Source: Acidobacteriota bacterium
GTDB taxonomy: Bacteria > Acidobacteriota > UBA890 > WLXD01
Assembly (NCBI GenBank): GCA_963666055.2
Contig: CAXWPH010000014.1
Coordinates: forward strand, 352,001 to 416,000
Length of the DNA stretch: 64,000 bases
Reading direction: 5' to 3'
The notes under the pieces are model-generated. The model ran no database searches, had not been told where the DNA came from, and saw only the letters and a program-made list of their open reading frames with translations. Position 1 is the stretch's first letter. Every line of letters starts with the position of its first letter. Made by a program: the position numbers and the translations under genes. Below, piece after piece: positions 28,543 through 42,035 of this stretch.

Positions 28543-29937
28543 ATGGAGCCGCTACCGACGCTCGGCAACGCCGTCGCAGCCCAGCTGAGCTCGATGCTGG
28601 GCAGGCGCTTCAGCACGGCAGACGCCATCCGCAACCATCATGCCCACGGCGAAGGCTGGGACCGACCGGTGCTTCCCGGCGGCGTCTGCTTTCCGGAAGC
28701 CAACCAGGAGGTGGCGGCAATCGTCGGCATTTGCGCCCAACATCGCACCCCCATTGTTCCCTTCGGTGCCGGCAGCTCGCTCGAAGGGCATGTCGTTCCT
28801 CCGGCGCACGGCGTGTCCGTCGACATGACGCGCATGAACCGCATCCTGGAGGTGAGTCAGGAGGATCTCGATTGCCGTGTGCAGGCCGGGGTGACGCGCC
28901 AGCAGCTCGATGCACACCTGCAGCCACAGGGGATGTTCTTCCCTGTCGACCCGGGTGCCGACGCCACGCTGGGGGGCATGGCCGCCACCGGCGCCTCCGG
29001 AACTACCACCGTGCGCTACGGCGCGATGCGCGAGAACGTGCTCGGCCTCACTGTGGTGCTCGCCGACGGAACCATCGTGCAAACCGGAGGTAGAGCACGC
29101 AAGTCTTCGGCCGGCTATGACCTGACGCGATTGTTCATCGGCTCGGAAGGCACGCTGGGAATCATCACCGAGGTACAGCTACGGCTGCGCGGTATTCCGG
29201 AGGCAATCTCGGCAACCGTCTGTCAGTTCGACCGCATCGGCGACGCGGTCGAAACAGTAATCGAGGCAATGCAGATCGGCGTGGATCTGGCACGTAGCGA
29301 GCTCGTCGACGCGCTGACGATGAAGGGCTTCGCGCTACATTCCGGCCTCGACGAGTACGCCCAGCAGCCGACCCTCTTTCTCGAGTTCCATGGCACTCCG
29401 GAATCGGTCGATGAGCAGGCCCGCCTGGTGGCCGAGGTGTGCGCGCGCAACGGTGGCTCCGAGGTACGCCGGGCGAGCCGCAGCGAAGATCGCAGTCGTC
29501 TATGGAAGGCGCGTCACGACGCCTACTACGCCGTCATCGCGCTGGCGCCAGGCAAGCGCGGCATGATCACCGACGCCTGTGTGCCACTGTCCCGGCTCAC
29601 CGAATGTATCGAGGCGACACAATCCGATATCGAGGAGCACGGGCTGCTCGCCCCCATAGTGGGGCACATCGGCGACGGCAACTTCCACTGTCAGGTGATG
29701 TGCGACCCCGACGACGAGGACGAAGTTGCGGCGGCCAAGTCGTTCGTGACCCGGCTCGCCGAGCGCGCTATCGACATGGGTGGCACGTGCACCGGCGAGC
29801 ACGGCGTGGGCAGCGGCAAGATTGACTTGGTCGAGCGCGAGCACGGGGCTGCGGTCGATGTCATGCGCGCCATCAAACAGGCCCTGGATCCCCTCAACCT
29901 CATGAACCCGGGCAAGGTGCTGCGGATCGCGCCATGA
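28543..29937 (+). CDS. FAD-linked oxidase (D-lactate dehydrogenase/GlcD family)
   Basis: PFGAGSSLEG, DPGADATLGG, GSEGTLG, GHIGDGNFH, TGEHGVG, MNPGK. Confidence 0.92.
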   Translation: MEPLPTLGNAVAAQLSSMLGRRFSTADAIRNHHAHGEGWDRPVLPGGVCFPEANQEVAAIVGICAQHRTPIVPFGAGSSLEGHVVPPAHGVSVDMTRMNRILEVSQEDLDCRVQAGVTRQQLDAHLQPQGMFFPVDPGADATLGGMAATGASGTTTVRYGAMRENVLGLTVVLADGTIVQTGGRARKSSAGYDLTRLFIGSEGTLGIITEVQLRLRGIPEAISATVCQFDRIGDAVETVIEAMQIGVDLARSELVDALTMKGFALHSGLDEYAQQPTLFLEFHGTPESVDEQARLVAEVCARNGGSEVRRASRSEDRSRLWKARHDAYYAVIALAPGKRGMITDACVPLSRLTECIEATQSDIEEHGLLAPIVGHIGDGNFHCQVMCDPDDEDEVAAAKSFVTRLAERAIDMGGTCTGEHGVGSGKIDLVEREHGAAVDVMRAIKQALDPLNLMNPGKVLRIAP

Positions 29938-29953
29938 GGCGTCGCCATTCCGG

Positions 29954-30532
29954 TCAGCCCGATGCGCTGCTCACTGCCGATCGCCGGCGACTGCCAAACA
30001 CCCGATACAGCAAGTACAGCAAGCCGATGGCGAGGGTGAATGTCACCACCGGCACGAAGATAGACAGCACGGAGCCCGACAAGCTCGCCACGTCCTCCAC
30101 CAGGCTGAGCGCCGGATTGGCGACACCCGCTGTCGAGGCCGACGACACCAGGCGCGCACCCGACTTGGCGGCGTGCACACCGCCCGCTATCGAGCCGCCA
30201 ATAATGATACCGACGACCAGTCCGGTGAGCGGATCGAGGGCGGTAATCGGTGAGGCGGCAGCTACGGCTCCGGCGATCGGTCGCGCCAACGTACCGACCA
30301 CGTCGAGCAGGTGATCGACAACCGGGAACTTGTCGCCGAGCACCTCGGCACCCACCGCAAGCGCAAAGACAGTCAACGCCGGAGTCGAGGCCATCCACTC
30401 GAAGGATCCGCTGAGCGCGATGACTTCGAAGCGGCCCGCCAGGCCCACCACCAACAGGGGCAGGAATGCCCGCAGGCCGGCGGACGCCGCCAGGCCGACG
30501 CCCATCATCAGTTGCCACGCCAGCTCAACCAT
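29954..30532 (-). CDS. DUF4126-family membrane protein
   Basis: GLAASAGLRAFLP, EVLGDKFPVVDHLLD, NPALSLVED. Confidence 0.85.
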   Translation of the reverse strand: MVELAWQLMMGVGLAASAGLRAFLPLLVVGLAGRFEVIALSGSFEWMASTPALTVFALAVGAEVLGDKFPVVDHLLDVVGTLARPIAGAVAAASPITALDPLTGLVVGIIIGGSIAGGVHAAKSGARLVSSASTAGVANPALSLVEDVASLSGSVLSIFVPVVTFTLAIGLLYLLYRVFGSRRRSAVSSASG

Positions 30533-30538
30533 GCGGCG

Positions 30539-30547
30539 ATTCTAGCA
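30539..30547 (-). promoter_or_regulatory. Extended -10 (TGcTAGAAT) 6 nt before the ATG; leaderless transcript
   Basis: Minus strand reads TGCTAGAAT-cgccgc-ATG. Confidence 0.5.
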
Positions 30548-30577
30548 GGGCGTGGTGGAAGTGCGGCGGGCCGCTAG
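30542..30577. repeat. Minimal copy of the palindromic MITE/REP-like family
   Basis: CTAGCAGGGCGTGGTGGAAGTGCGGCGGGCCGCTAG, matching 58864-58893. Confidence 0.6.
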
Positions 30578-31290
30578 CCATTGAGCGCCGCCGACTCCTC
30601 CAGCGCCTCTACCACCACATCGGCGATGCGATGCAAGCAAGCTCGGTCGCTGGCGTGCCGCTGGTTGACCTCGAGCTCGATTCCCACGAAACGCTGCGGC
30701 GAATGCGCCCGCCGCATCGCCGGCAAGATACCGTCTGCGGTGCCGCTGTAGGGACGGTTGAACCAGACCACGAGGTCGGTCGTGCGCTCGAATCGAGCCT
30801 TGATATCGGCGCACACGGCGTGTTCGATGCCCCAATGCGGATCGTGTAGGAGGCCGATGTCATTGCCGCGGGCATTTCCCGCCAGCGCCGGCGTGAAGGT
30901 GTGTACGCACACGTGCACGCAACGTCCCTGGCGGGCGACAATCTGGTCGGCGGCAGCCGCCACCCCATCCCGATAGGGGCGGTAGTAGCGATCGATACGA
31001 GACTTCCGATCGCCGGCGCTGAGTCCGTAGTTGAACGGCACGCGATGACCGTCGGAGATCCGCCGGATCAGCATCCGGTTGTCGATCGAGCGGTTCAGAT
31101 CGACTACCAGGCGAGAGAACTCACCACTCCACACCGGCACCTGCCATCGCTCGGCGATGCGTTCGGCAATCACCAGCGCACCCGGATCCCACGCGATGTG
31201 AAGATCCAGCAGGCGTCGATCGAGGGTGAGCTCCTTCGGTAGGCGATTCGACGCGTGCTCACAGGTCACCAGCACCTGTTCACGCAGCAT
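30574..31290 (-). CDS. N-formylglutamate amidohydrolase family protein
   Basis: VTCEHASN, HIAWDPGA, SRLVVDLNR, VHTFTP, NRPY, IELEVNQ. Confidence 0.9.
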   Translation of the reverse strand: MLREQVLVTCEHASNRLPKELTLDRRLLDLHIAWDPGALVIAERIAERWQVPVWSGEFSRLVVDLNRSIDNRMLIRRISDGHRVPFNYGLSAGDRKSRIDRYYRPYRDGVAAAADQIVARQGRCVHVCVHTFTPALAGNARGNDIGLLHDPHWGIEHAVCADIKARFERTTDLVVWFNRPYSGTADGILPAMRRAHSPQRFVGIELEVNQRHASDRACLHRIADVVVEALEESAALNG

Positions 31291-31386
31291 TGGCAAGTGG
31301 CTCCCCTCGCACGTCCATCGCCGCGGCGGCGGCGCCGGTCGGGTATTGTAGCCAGCGGCTGGTGTACCCGCTGACAGGAGAGAGCT

Positions 31387-32664
31387 TTGGCGGCAACGCC
31401 CGCGGCGACACAACGCGATCGTGTGAGCGAACGGGCCCGGGCGGTCCGCGTCGCTATGGTCATCCAGCGGTTTCGGCCACACTTCTCCGGTCAGGGCGTG
31501 CAGCTCGAGACGCTGGTGCGCGAGCTTGTGGCACAGGGGGCTGAGCCGACCATCTACGCGATCGCGCCGAGCGGCGCCAAGTCGAGCTCGGAAGCTTGCG
31601 CCGGCTACACGATTTGCCGCCTCGCCACAGGTCTGCTGCCGGGACGCCTCCGGTGGACGCCGATCTTCGCGCTGCGCCTGCTGCTGGCACTGCTGCGCGA
31701 CCGACCCGACGTGGTGCATGTGCACACCCTGACCGACGGCCTTTACGGCGCCTGGCTGTATGCGCGGCTGCGCCGCGCCCCCCTGATCTTCGAGATGACG
31801 CTGCTCGGCGATGACGATCCGATGTCGGTGCGCGCCAACCGGGCGCGGCCGCGGGCGCTACGCTGGCGGATGTTCCGCAGTTGCGACGGCTATGTGGCGA
31901 TGTCGCGCGCCTTCCTCGACCCCTATCGGCGGGCATCGCTGCCTGGCGACCGGCTGCGGCTGATCCCGCAAGGTGTCGACGTCGCGCGCTTTCGTGCCGG
32001 CGACCAGCGGCACCGTCTGCAGATCCGTCGACAGCTCGACCTGGAAGATGACGCGCCGCTCGTCGTCTTCGTCGGGTCACTGGTGCACCGCAAGGGTATC
32101 GATGTGTTGCTGCGCGCCTGGTGCACGATCCAGGCGAACCGGCCGACGGCGCGTCTGCTGCTGGTGGGCCCCGACGCGTTCGACCCCGGTGACCCGAACC
32201 GCGAGTTGCTGCAGCGTTGCTTGAAGGAACTGCCGTCGGCCGCCGGCGCCCGTGTCCATCGCCTCGGCGTCCGCGAAGACACCGAGGCAATTGTCGGCGC
32301 CTCCGATGTGTTCGTTCTACCGACGCGACGCGAGGGCTTCGGTTCGGCGATCATCGAGGCCATGGCCTGCTCGCTCCCTTGCGTAGTTACCGAGCTGCCG
32401 GGCATCACCGACTTCATCTTCGCCTCCCCGGCGGCGGCTGACCTGCAAGCGGACCCCGAAACCGACGGCGTGGTGGTGGCACAGGAGAACGCCGACGAGC
32501 TCGCCACTGCGGTCTGCGGGCTGCTGGCTGACCCTGCCCTGCGCCGCTCCGTCGGCGACGCCGCTCGGGCTCGCGCAGTTGGGAAGTTTGACATGCGCAC
32601 GGTCGCCGCCAGCTACCTGGCCTACTACGACGAGCTTCGCGCCGGTCGGGTGACCGATGGTTGA
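31387..32664 (+). CDS. Glycosyltransferase family 4; start may be ~31423
   Basis: IPQGVD, FVGSLVHRKG, REGFGSAIIEAMAC. Confidence 0.88.
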   Translation: MAATPAATQRDRVSERARAVRVAMVIQRFRPHFSGQGVQLETLVRELVAQGAEPTIYAIAPSGAKSSSEACAGYTICRLATGLLPGRLRWTPIFALRLLLALLRDRPDVVHVHTLTDGLYGAWLYARLRRAPLIFEMTLLGDDDPMSVRANRARPRALRWRMFRSCDGYVAMSRAFLDPYRRASLPGDRLRLIPQGVDVARFRAGDQRHRLQIRRQLDLEDDAPLVVFVGSLVHRKGIDVLLRAWCTIQANRPTARLLLVGPDAFDPGDPNRELLQRCLKELPSAAGARVHRLGVREDTEAIVGASDVFVLPTRREGFGSAIIEAMACSLPCVVTELPGITDFIFASPAAADLQADPETDGVVVAQENADELATAVCGLLADPALRRSVGDAARARAVGKFDMRTVAASYLAYYDELRAGRVTDG

Positions 32665-34267
32665 AGGGCCAGCGCCCGAGGCTGCGCAAGCCAGGGACCG
32701 AGAATCGACGCTGCTGGCGCGCGCCGCGCGCTCGATGTTCTGGAACGCGACGCTGCTGCCGCTGATCACCGTGTTCAACCTGGTCTCGTCGGTGCTCATT
32801 CGCAACTATTTCGGGCTGGCATCGGGGCTGTATGACGCCTTGATCGGCGTCGTGAACTCACTGATGCTCTGGCCCGGGCTGGGGATTTCGGTCGCTTTCA
32901 CACAGTTCATACCCGAGCTCGAGACGCGCGGCGATCGCCGCTCCGTCTGGGCGTTCATCCGCCGCGCCGGGGCACTGAGGCTCCTGTCACTGACGCTCTT
33001 CCTGGTGCCGGTGAACATCAACGCTGACGCCGTCGGCCAGTTCTTTCACCTCGGCGAGCACGGCGCCACTTTGGTGCACCTGGCCTCGCTGCTGGCGCTC
33101 CTGCGCACCGGACACGAGCTCGCCCTCAAGACGCTGCAGTCTTTGCTGTCGCACCTTGCCGCCAACGCCATCCAGCTCGCGCAGGCCATGCTCGTGGTGG
33201 CAGCGCTGACCATCACACTGGCAGCCGGCATGGGCATGCTGCAGCTCATGGTGGCGCTTATCGTGGCGTCGGCAGCGTTGCTGATCGTCGCGGCGAGCGT
33301 CGTTCGCTGGCGAGTCGCGCAGGTGGCGTCGGTGCCACAGCCCTGCGCCGACACGATCTCGGCTCCGCGACGCGGCGAGATCGTGGCGGGGATCAGCGCC
33401 CGGCGGTTCGCCGGCTTCTCGCTGTTCATGTACGCGCACGACACGATGAGCTACTTCGCATCGCCGGCGTTCGCCAGCCTGGCGATCGCAGCGTTGTACG
33501 ACACGCCAGGGCCGGTGGCGTTGTTCGCCACCGGCTTGCAGTTCCCGATGCTCGCCGTGGTAATCGTGTTGGCGGGCTTCCAGGGACTGTATCGGCCGCT
33601 GTTCGCGCGGCTGATCAAGGACTCGGAGCGCACCCGACTCCGCGCCACCTTCTCGGAAGTCAGCAAGGTTCAAGTAGCGCTGTTGCTACCGGCGGGCACC
33701 GGGCTAGCAATCATGGTCGGCGATCTCATTCCGTTGCTGTACGGTGATGTGTTCGCCGATTCCGTGCCGCTCGCGAGGGTGCTCTGCTTCTTTCTCTTCA
33801 GCGAAGCGATATTCAACCTGGGAACGATCGTCCTGTCGGTCGACCACCAGTACCGTTCGGTCATGCAGGCGCAGGCGATGCGCCTGCTGGGCGCTCCACT
33901 GTTCGTTTGGCTGGCGGCGCACGGCGACCTTCGCCTGGCGGCGACTGCGTTCGGCATCAGTCGGGTGGCCGCGACGCTGTTCGGCTATGTCATGGCACAG
34001 CGTCGGTTCGGAGTGCGCTTTCCGTTCGCGTTGGCGCTTCGCGCCGCGTTGCCGAGCCTCGCCATGCTGGCGATTCTGACCGCCGCCCGTTCGATGTGGT
34101 CGACGTCCTGGGTCGAGGTGGTCGCCCTGACAACGCTCGGCGTAGCGGTGGTGGCGATCGGCATGCGAGTGTTCCGCGTGCTCGGGCCGCGCGAGTTGGA
34201 CCTGATCGAGCGCGCGCAGCTGCCCGGACGCTCGACTATTATCGCGTGGTTGAAACCGCGCGCATGA
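32657..34267 (+). CDS. Polysaccharide flippase (Wzx/MOP-type)
   Basis: About 14 TM helices, LIPLLYG, located between GT genes. Confidence 0.75.
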   Translation: MVEGPAPEAAQARDRESTLLARAARSMFWNATLLPLITVFNLVSSVLIRNYFGLASGLYDALIGVVNSLMLWPGLGISVAFTQFIPELETRGDRRSVWAFIRRAGALRLLSLTLFLVPVNINADAVGQFFHLGEHGATLVHLASLLALLRTGHELALKTLQSLLSHLAANAIQLAQAMLVVAALTITLAAGMGMLQLMVALIVASAALLIVAASVVRWRVAQVASVPQPCADTISAPRRGEIVAGISARRFAGFSLFMYAHDTMSYFASPAFASLAIAALYDTPGPVALFATGLQFPMLAVVIVLAGFQGLYRPLFARLIKDSERTRLRATFSEVSKVQVALLLPAGTGLAIMVGDLIPLLYGDVFADSVPLARVLCFFLFSEAIFNLGTIVLSVDHQYRSVMQAQAMRLLGAPLFVWLAAHGDLRLAATAFGISRVAATLFGYVMAQRRFGVRFPFALALRAALPSLAMLAILTAARSMWSTSWVEVVALTTLGVAVVAIGMRVFRVLGPRELDLIERAQLPGRSTIIAWLKPRA

Positions 34268-34286
34268 GCTCCTGGCAGGCCCAGCC

Positions 34287-35489
34287 GTGAAGATCGCGAT
34301 GTACATGCCGGGGCTACGCCCGGGCTCGATGAGCTGGTCGATCTACCAAGACTTCGCCACCGCGGTTCGTGCTCAGGGCCCCGAGCTGACACTGCTCACC
34401 GATGTGCCCGACGGCTCACCTCCCGCAGCGTACGAAGGTACCCACTACCTGAGCACGAGCCGGAGCGCACGGTGGCTCGATAGCCTCGCCGCACCGCTCA
34501 CGCGCTGCCGTTCCTTGTTGAGCACATCGCAGGCGTTAGGCAGCTACCTACGGCAGCGACGCGACCTCGACCTGTTCTACTGCGAGATCGCCTATCCACT
34601 TGGCACGGCGATGAACCTGGCGCGACGCCGAACGAATTGGAACGGCGCCACCGTAGTGTGTCCCATGGGCGAGGACATACTGGTGGTGGAGGACGCAGCG
34701 TACGGCTTTGGCCGCTATCCCCTGCCCCGTCGAGCGCGAGACTGGACGTTGCGCAGCGCCGCCGCAATACGCTGTATCTCACCGATGGTGTGCGACCGCG
34801 TCGAGGCCTTCGGAAAGAAGTGCGCCGTGGTGCCACTGAACGTTGCCAGCTCCACGGTCGTTGCGGCCGGCAGACCGTCAGAGGCCATCGAGTCCGAGCG
34901 TCGCGCGGCTCGTGCCTCCCTGCGCGCTCGCCTGGCGTTGAATCGCGACACGCTCATCCTGTCGCTTGGCCGCCTTCACCCCTTCAAGGGCATCCATGTG
35001 CTCGTCGATGCCATGGTCGGGCTCCCCGACGCCGAGCTTCTCATCGCCGGTCCGTCGCTGAGAGTGCGCGGCTTCGGCGACTACTCGGAGTACTTGCTCA
35101 ACCGGGCGCGGCAGCAGGGGGTCGCCGACCGAGTCCGCCTCCTCGGCAGCGTTCCACACACCGAGGTAATCGAGATGCTGTCGGCCGCGGACGCCGTCGT
35201 CGTACCGTCGCTGCTAGAGTCGCTGAACCGCGTGTGCATGGAGGCGGCGGCCGCCGGTACGCCCTTCGTGGTCACCGAGACCACCGGCGTGGCGGCGTTC
35301 GTGCAGGAAGATGGCGTGGGAATCGTCGTACCACCACGGAACCCGGCCGCTCTCGCCAACGCAGTGTCGGCCATCGTCGACCACAGTTGGCAGCCCGACC
35401 GCGGTGCGGCGCAGCGCTTCGTCGCGCGTTTTTCGGCCGCAGCCGTCGCCGCACCGCTAGTGGAGCTGTTCGAGGAAGCGCTGTCATGA
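34287..35489 (+). CDS. Glycosyltransferase family 4
   Basis: LGRLHPFKG, ESLNRVCMEAAAAG, IVVPPRNP. Confidence 0.88.
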   Translation: MKIAMYMPGLRPGSMSWSIYQDFATAVRAQGPELTLLTDVPDGSPPAAYEGTHYLSTSRSARWLDSLAAPLTRCRSLLSTSQALGSYLRQRRDLDLFYCEIAYPLGTAMNLARRRTNWNGATVVCPMGEDILVVEDAAYGFGRYPLPRRARDWTLRSAAAIRCISPMVCDRVEAFGKKCAVVPLNVASSTVVAAGRPSEAIESERRAARASLRARLALNRDTLILSLGRLHPFKGIHVLVDAMVGLPDAELLIAGPSLRVRGFGDYSEYLLNRARQQGVADRVRLLGSVPHTEVIEMLSAADAVVVPSLLESLNRVCMEAAAAGTPFVVTETTGVAAFVQEDGVGIVVPPRNPAALANAVSAIVDHSWQPDRGAAQRFVARFSAAAVAAPLVELFEEALS

Positions 35490-37441
35490 GCCTCGCGGCA
35501 TCGGCGACCGCTGCGCTGGCGCTCCTACTGCCCGCTTGGGGCATGTATCGGTGGTCGCAGCGGCGGGGTGACGAGGTTCTCGAGGTGGCCATTGCCACTG
35601 CGTTCGGTCCGGTGGCCGCGCTGCCGCTGCTGTGGATCGTGGCGACTCAGCTGCGCATCGGCACGCTGCCGACCCTGCTCGCCGGCTCCCTCGCTGCAGC
35701 GCTCATGTGGCTGGCGACCGACGGGCCCATGAGCCGGCCGAAGCCAGCGCGGCTGGGCGCCATCCGGTCGCTGGTCTTGACGACTTTGGCATCGCTGTTG
35801 TTGTGCGCGGTGGCGTTCGTGCCCCACGGGCTCGAGCGCCGTGACGGCGTGCATCGCATGGCGATGACCGACTGGCAGAAGCACCTCATGCTGGCCGGTG
35901 AGATGACGCTGCACGATGAGTTTCCACCCGCCAATCCGTTCCTGCGCGGATCCGGTGCGTCGCCCTACTACCACGGGTTCCATCTGCTGGCGGCAGACCT
36001 CGCACGCGCCGCCGGCGGGGCGTCGGCGATCTACGCGGCGTTGCTGGCACTGACGCTGCTTACCGCGGCGGCCGTTCCGCTGACCGTCTACGTGGTGGCG
36101 AACGGCTTGTTCGACTGGCCCGGGGTGGCGCGGTTGGCGGCGCTGGGCGCCACCTTGCTGGCGGGCTTCGATCTGCTCGTGCTGCTGCTGCACACGGCGG
36201 TCAACGCGATAACCGTTTGGGGTGGCGAGCTAACGCTGTCAGGGCTCCGCGAGCTCGTCCCGTCCACACACCTGGACTACTGGCTGCAGCACAACGAGCG
36301 GCAGTTCAGCGCCCCCTATCTAGCGACGGTCTGGGCGCCGCAGCACGTACTAGCCGCCTGTGCCGGGGTGCTCGGCTTCCACTGGCTGTCGACCAAACCA
36401 CACGTCAGCAACAACCGGCTCGATGTAGTACCCGCCGCCATGCTACTCGCCGCAACCCCCATGCTGTCGGCCTACGTGGGACTGGCGGTGGCGAGCGGGC
36501 TGGCGGTGGCGTTCGCGGTGGCAACGACATCCGCCGAACGCGGGCGATGGCTGTCGGCCGGCGTCGTCGCCCTGTTGCTGGCGTTGCCGTTCCTGCGCCT
36601 CGGTGCTTCGGGCGCGAGCGGTCTCCAGCTGGCGCCGTCCGCGGCCGGCTCGTGGCGTAATGGCGCCTTGTTCACGGCGCTGCTCGGCGATGGCGTGGCG
36701 ACTCGAATCCTCGACACACCGGCGCTCTATGTTCTCGATTTCGGCATCATCGGAATCCTCGCGGTGCTCAGCATCCGCACGCTGCGCGGCACCTCGCCAA
36801 GCGCGCACCGAACGCGCGCCTTGGTGCTGGCGGGCACAATCGTGGTGCTTGCGGCGCTGGTGAGGCCGCCGGTCGGTGGACCCAACAACCTCTACGCACG
36901 CGGCCTGCTCCCCGTGTGGATGCTGTTGGCGCCGTTTGCAGCTGCCGAGTGGCAGCACCGCAGAAACCTCGCCTGGCGATTCGCTGCGGCGGTCTGCTTC
37001 GCCGGAACGCTCTATGCGGCAGTGGGGACGTTTGTCGAAGGCTATCTATTCTGGGCAAGCCCCGCCACGGCTGTACGGACAGCGCGTGCAGTGAACGAGC
37101 GCAGCGCGCCGGACGACGTGGTCGCCATGCCGGTGGCGCCTCTTCCGGGGCACGCCTACTGGTTGCGCAGGTCGGTAGCAATGTACGACGAGCGACACGC
37201 GCGCCTGTTCGGGGCCAGCGCAACGCAAGTGGCACAAGTCGAGGCGGCGCTGCGCCAGGCGTACGCCGCCGAGTCACCGAGCTCGGCGGCACAGAGCTTC
37301 GAAGCGCTGGGAGCCTCGATCGTGCTCGTGCCCAGCGACGCTGCCGTGCGGGCATGGGAGCGCTCCGATTGCTTCAGCGAGCTTTATCGAAATTCCGAGT
37401 GGCTCGCCGTTCGCGTCAATGGCGCCTGTCAGGACGATTAG
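35486..37441 (+). CDS. Polytopic membrane protein, possibly a GT-C-type glycosyltransferase
   Basis: Many TM helices; DWQKH...PPANPF...YYHGFH periplasmic loop; soluble C-terminal domain; ATGA overlap. Confidence 0.6.
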   Translation: MSLAASATAALALLLPAWGMYRWSQRRGDEVLEVAIATAFGPVAALPLLWIVATQLRIGTLPTLLAGSLAAALMWLATDGPMSRPKPARLGAIRSLVLTTLASLLLCAVAFVPHGLERRDGVHRMAMTDWQKHLMLAGEMTLHDEFPPANPFLRGSGASPYYHGFHLLAADLARAAGGASAIYAALLALTLLTAAAVPLTVYVVANGLFDWPGVARLAALGATLLAGFDLLVLLLHTAVNAITVWGGELTLSGLRELVPSTHLDYWLQHNERQFSAPYLATVWAPQHVLAACAGVLGFHWLSTKPHVSNNRLDVVPAAMLLAATPMLSAYVGLAVASGLAVAFAVATTSAERGRWLSAGVVALLLALPFLRLGASGASGLQLAPSAAGSWRNGALFTALLGDGVATRILDTPALYVLDFGIIGILAVLSIRTLRGTSPSAHRTRALVLAGTIVVLAALVRPPVGGPNNLYARGLLPVWMLLAPFAAAEWQHRRNLAWRFAAAVCFAGTLYAAVGTFVEGYLFWASPATAVRTARAVNERSAPDDVVAMPVAPLPGHAYWLRRSVAMYDERHARLFGASATQVAQVEAALRQAYAAESPSSAAQSFEALGASIVLVPSDAAVRAWERSDCFSELYRNSEWLAVRVNGACQDD

Positions 37442-37775
37442 CGCAGCGGAAACACACGGGCAAAGACCTTACCGTCGGCTCGCGCAGCACCATCGCTACC
37501 GACGTGGACGACGTGTGGAGGGTCCGCCTCCGTATCCAGCAGCCGGCGAACCAGGTCATGCGCGACGCCCACCATGTCGGAACGCTGCTGTTGCAAAGCG
37601 AGGTGGTAGCAGATCGGCGCAATTCGCACTTCGATCTCGAAGCCTGTCAGGGCGCTCTCGACGCTGAACAGGTAGCGTGCCGTCTCCACCATCGGATCGC
37701 GATCAAGCGCCTGCACCAGCCGAAGTTGATACGTCTTGCCCTTTGCGGCTTCCTCCTGCCAGGCGGCCTCGACCG

Positions 37776-37779
<4 letters not shown>
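37438..37779 (-). CDS. Hypothetical protein
   Basis: Coupled (4-nt overlap) to the upstream CMD gene; protein-like composition. Confidence 0.6.
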
Positions 37780-40500
<2,721 letters not shown>

Positions 40501-40538
40501 TCAGTCCCCGTTTCACCGCACCGCGAGGAGGTGGGCCC

Positions 40539-42035
40539 GTGCAAGATACCTGGAGTCGGGTGACCGAGATGCTCGGCGGCAATCTGCCAGCGCTGCTGGC
40601 CGCACTTGCCGTTCTGGTAGTGGGGTGGCTGCTGGCGTTCGTGGTGGCGGCCGTCGTGCGCAGCGTCATGAAGCGTACGCAGCTCGACGACCGGCTGGCG
40701 CTGTGGATCGGCGACGACGACACGCTGCCGCACGACGCCTTCGAGCGCTGGATTCCTCGCCTTGTCTACTACGTCGTACTGCTGTTCGTGCTGGTTGCGT
40801 TCTTGCGCACGCTCGGGCTGGCCATCGTCACGGAACCTCTGAACGCCCTGCTGAGCGAGATCTTCGAGTTTACGCCGCGCATCGCCGGCGCTATCGCGTT
40901 GCTCACAGCGGCCTGGATCATCGGCACCGTGTTGAGGCTGGCGGTTTCGCGCATTCTCCAGGCGTCGAACTTCGAGGAGCGTCTGGGCTCCGCCGCGGCG
41001 CTCGACAGCTCGCGCCAGATCTCCATCGCCAAGACCCTTGGCGACTCAATCTACTGGCTCATCTTCCTGCTGTTCCTGCCGGCAGTTCTCGACACCTTGA
41101 ACCTGCAAGGGCTCCTTGCCCCGGTGCAGACAATGATGGATCGGGTTCTCGGGTTCCTTCCGAACCTGTTCGCCGCGGCGTTGATTGCCGCCGTTGGGTG
41201 GTTCATCGCCCGCATCCTGCAGCAGATCGTCGCGAACCTCCTCGCCGCTCTCGGTGTCGATCAGCTGGGCGAAAACCTCGGCCTCGGCACGCTACTCGGT
41301 CAGCAACGACTGTCGAGCGTCGTCGGGTTGATCGTCTACATCCTCATCCTGATTCCGGTGTTTCTCGCCGGGCTCGACGCGTTGCAACTGCGAGCCATCA
41401 CGCAGCCGGCGACCAATATGCTAGATGCCATTCTGCAGGCGATCCCGCTGGTGTTCGCCGCCGCCTTGCTGCTGTTCATCGCCTACATCGTTAGTCGAGT
41501 GGTCGCCGGGTTGATCGCCAACCTGCTCGCCGGTATCGGCTTCAACCATGTGCTCGCCCAACTGGGCGTCGGTCGCAGCGTCGAGGAAGGCGAGCGCTCG
41601 GCGGCGGAGATCGCCGGCTACCTCGTGCAGGTGTCGATCGTGCTCTTCGCTTCGGTTGAGGCGTCTCGGTTGCTCGGTTTCGACGTGCTCGCCGACCTCG
41701 TGGCGCAGTTCCTGGTGTTCGCCAGCCAGGTAGCTCTCGGCCTAGTAATCTTCGCCGTCGGGCTGTACTTGGCCAACCTGGCGGCACGAGTTATTCATTC
41801 GAGCGACGCTGCGCAGGCGAACCTGCTGGCGTTGGCGGCTCGTGTGTCCATCCTCACGCTGGCCGGCGCCATGGCGATGAGCCAGATGGGACTTGCCAGC
41901 GACATCATCAACCTCGCTTTCGGCATCATCCTCGGTGCCATCGCGCTGTCCATGGCGCTCGCTTTCGGCATCGGCGGCCGCGAGGTCGCGGCTCGTCAGC
42001 TCGAGGAGTGGAAGCGCGAGTGGGACGGTCGCTGA
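40539..42035 (+). CDS. Mechanosensitive ion channel / TM-helix-repeat (CmpX-like) protein
   Basis: Repeated (L/F)PNLxAAxxIxxVGWxxA units; ALAFGIGGRE; GGAGG RBS. Confidence 0.85.
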   Translation: MQDTWSRVTEMLGGNLPALLAALAVLVVGWLLAFVVAAVVRSVMKRTQLDDRLALWIGDDDTLPHDAFERWIPRLVYYVVLLFVLVAFLRTLGLAIVTEPLNALLSEIFEFTPRIAGAIALLTAAWIIGTVLRLAVSRILQASNFEERLGSAAALDSSRQISIAKTLGDSIYWLIFLLFLPAVLDTLNLQGLLAPVQTMMDRVLGFLPNLFAAALIAAVGWFIARILQQIVANLLAALGVDQLGENLGLGTLLGQQRLSSVVGLIVYILILIPVFLAGLDALQLRAITQPATNMLDAILQAIPLVFAAALLLFIAYIVSRVVAGLIANLLAGIGFNHVLAQLGVGRSVEEGERSAAEIAGYLVQVSIVLFASVEASRLLGFDVLADLVAQFLVFASQVALGLVIFAVGLYLANLAARVIHSSDAAQANLLALAARVSILTLAGAMAMSQMGLASDIINLAFGIILGAIALSMALAFGIGGREVAARQLEEWKREWDGR

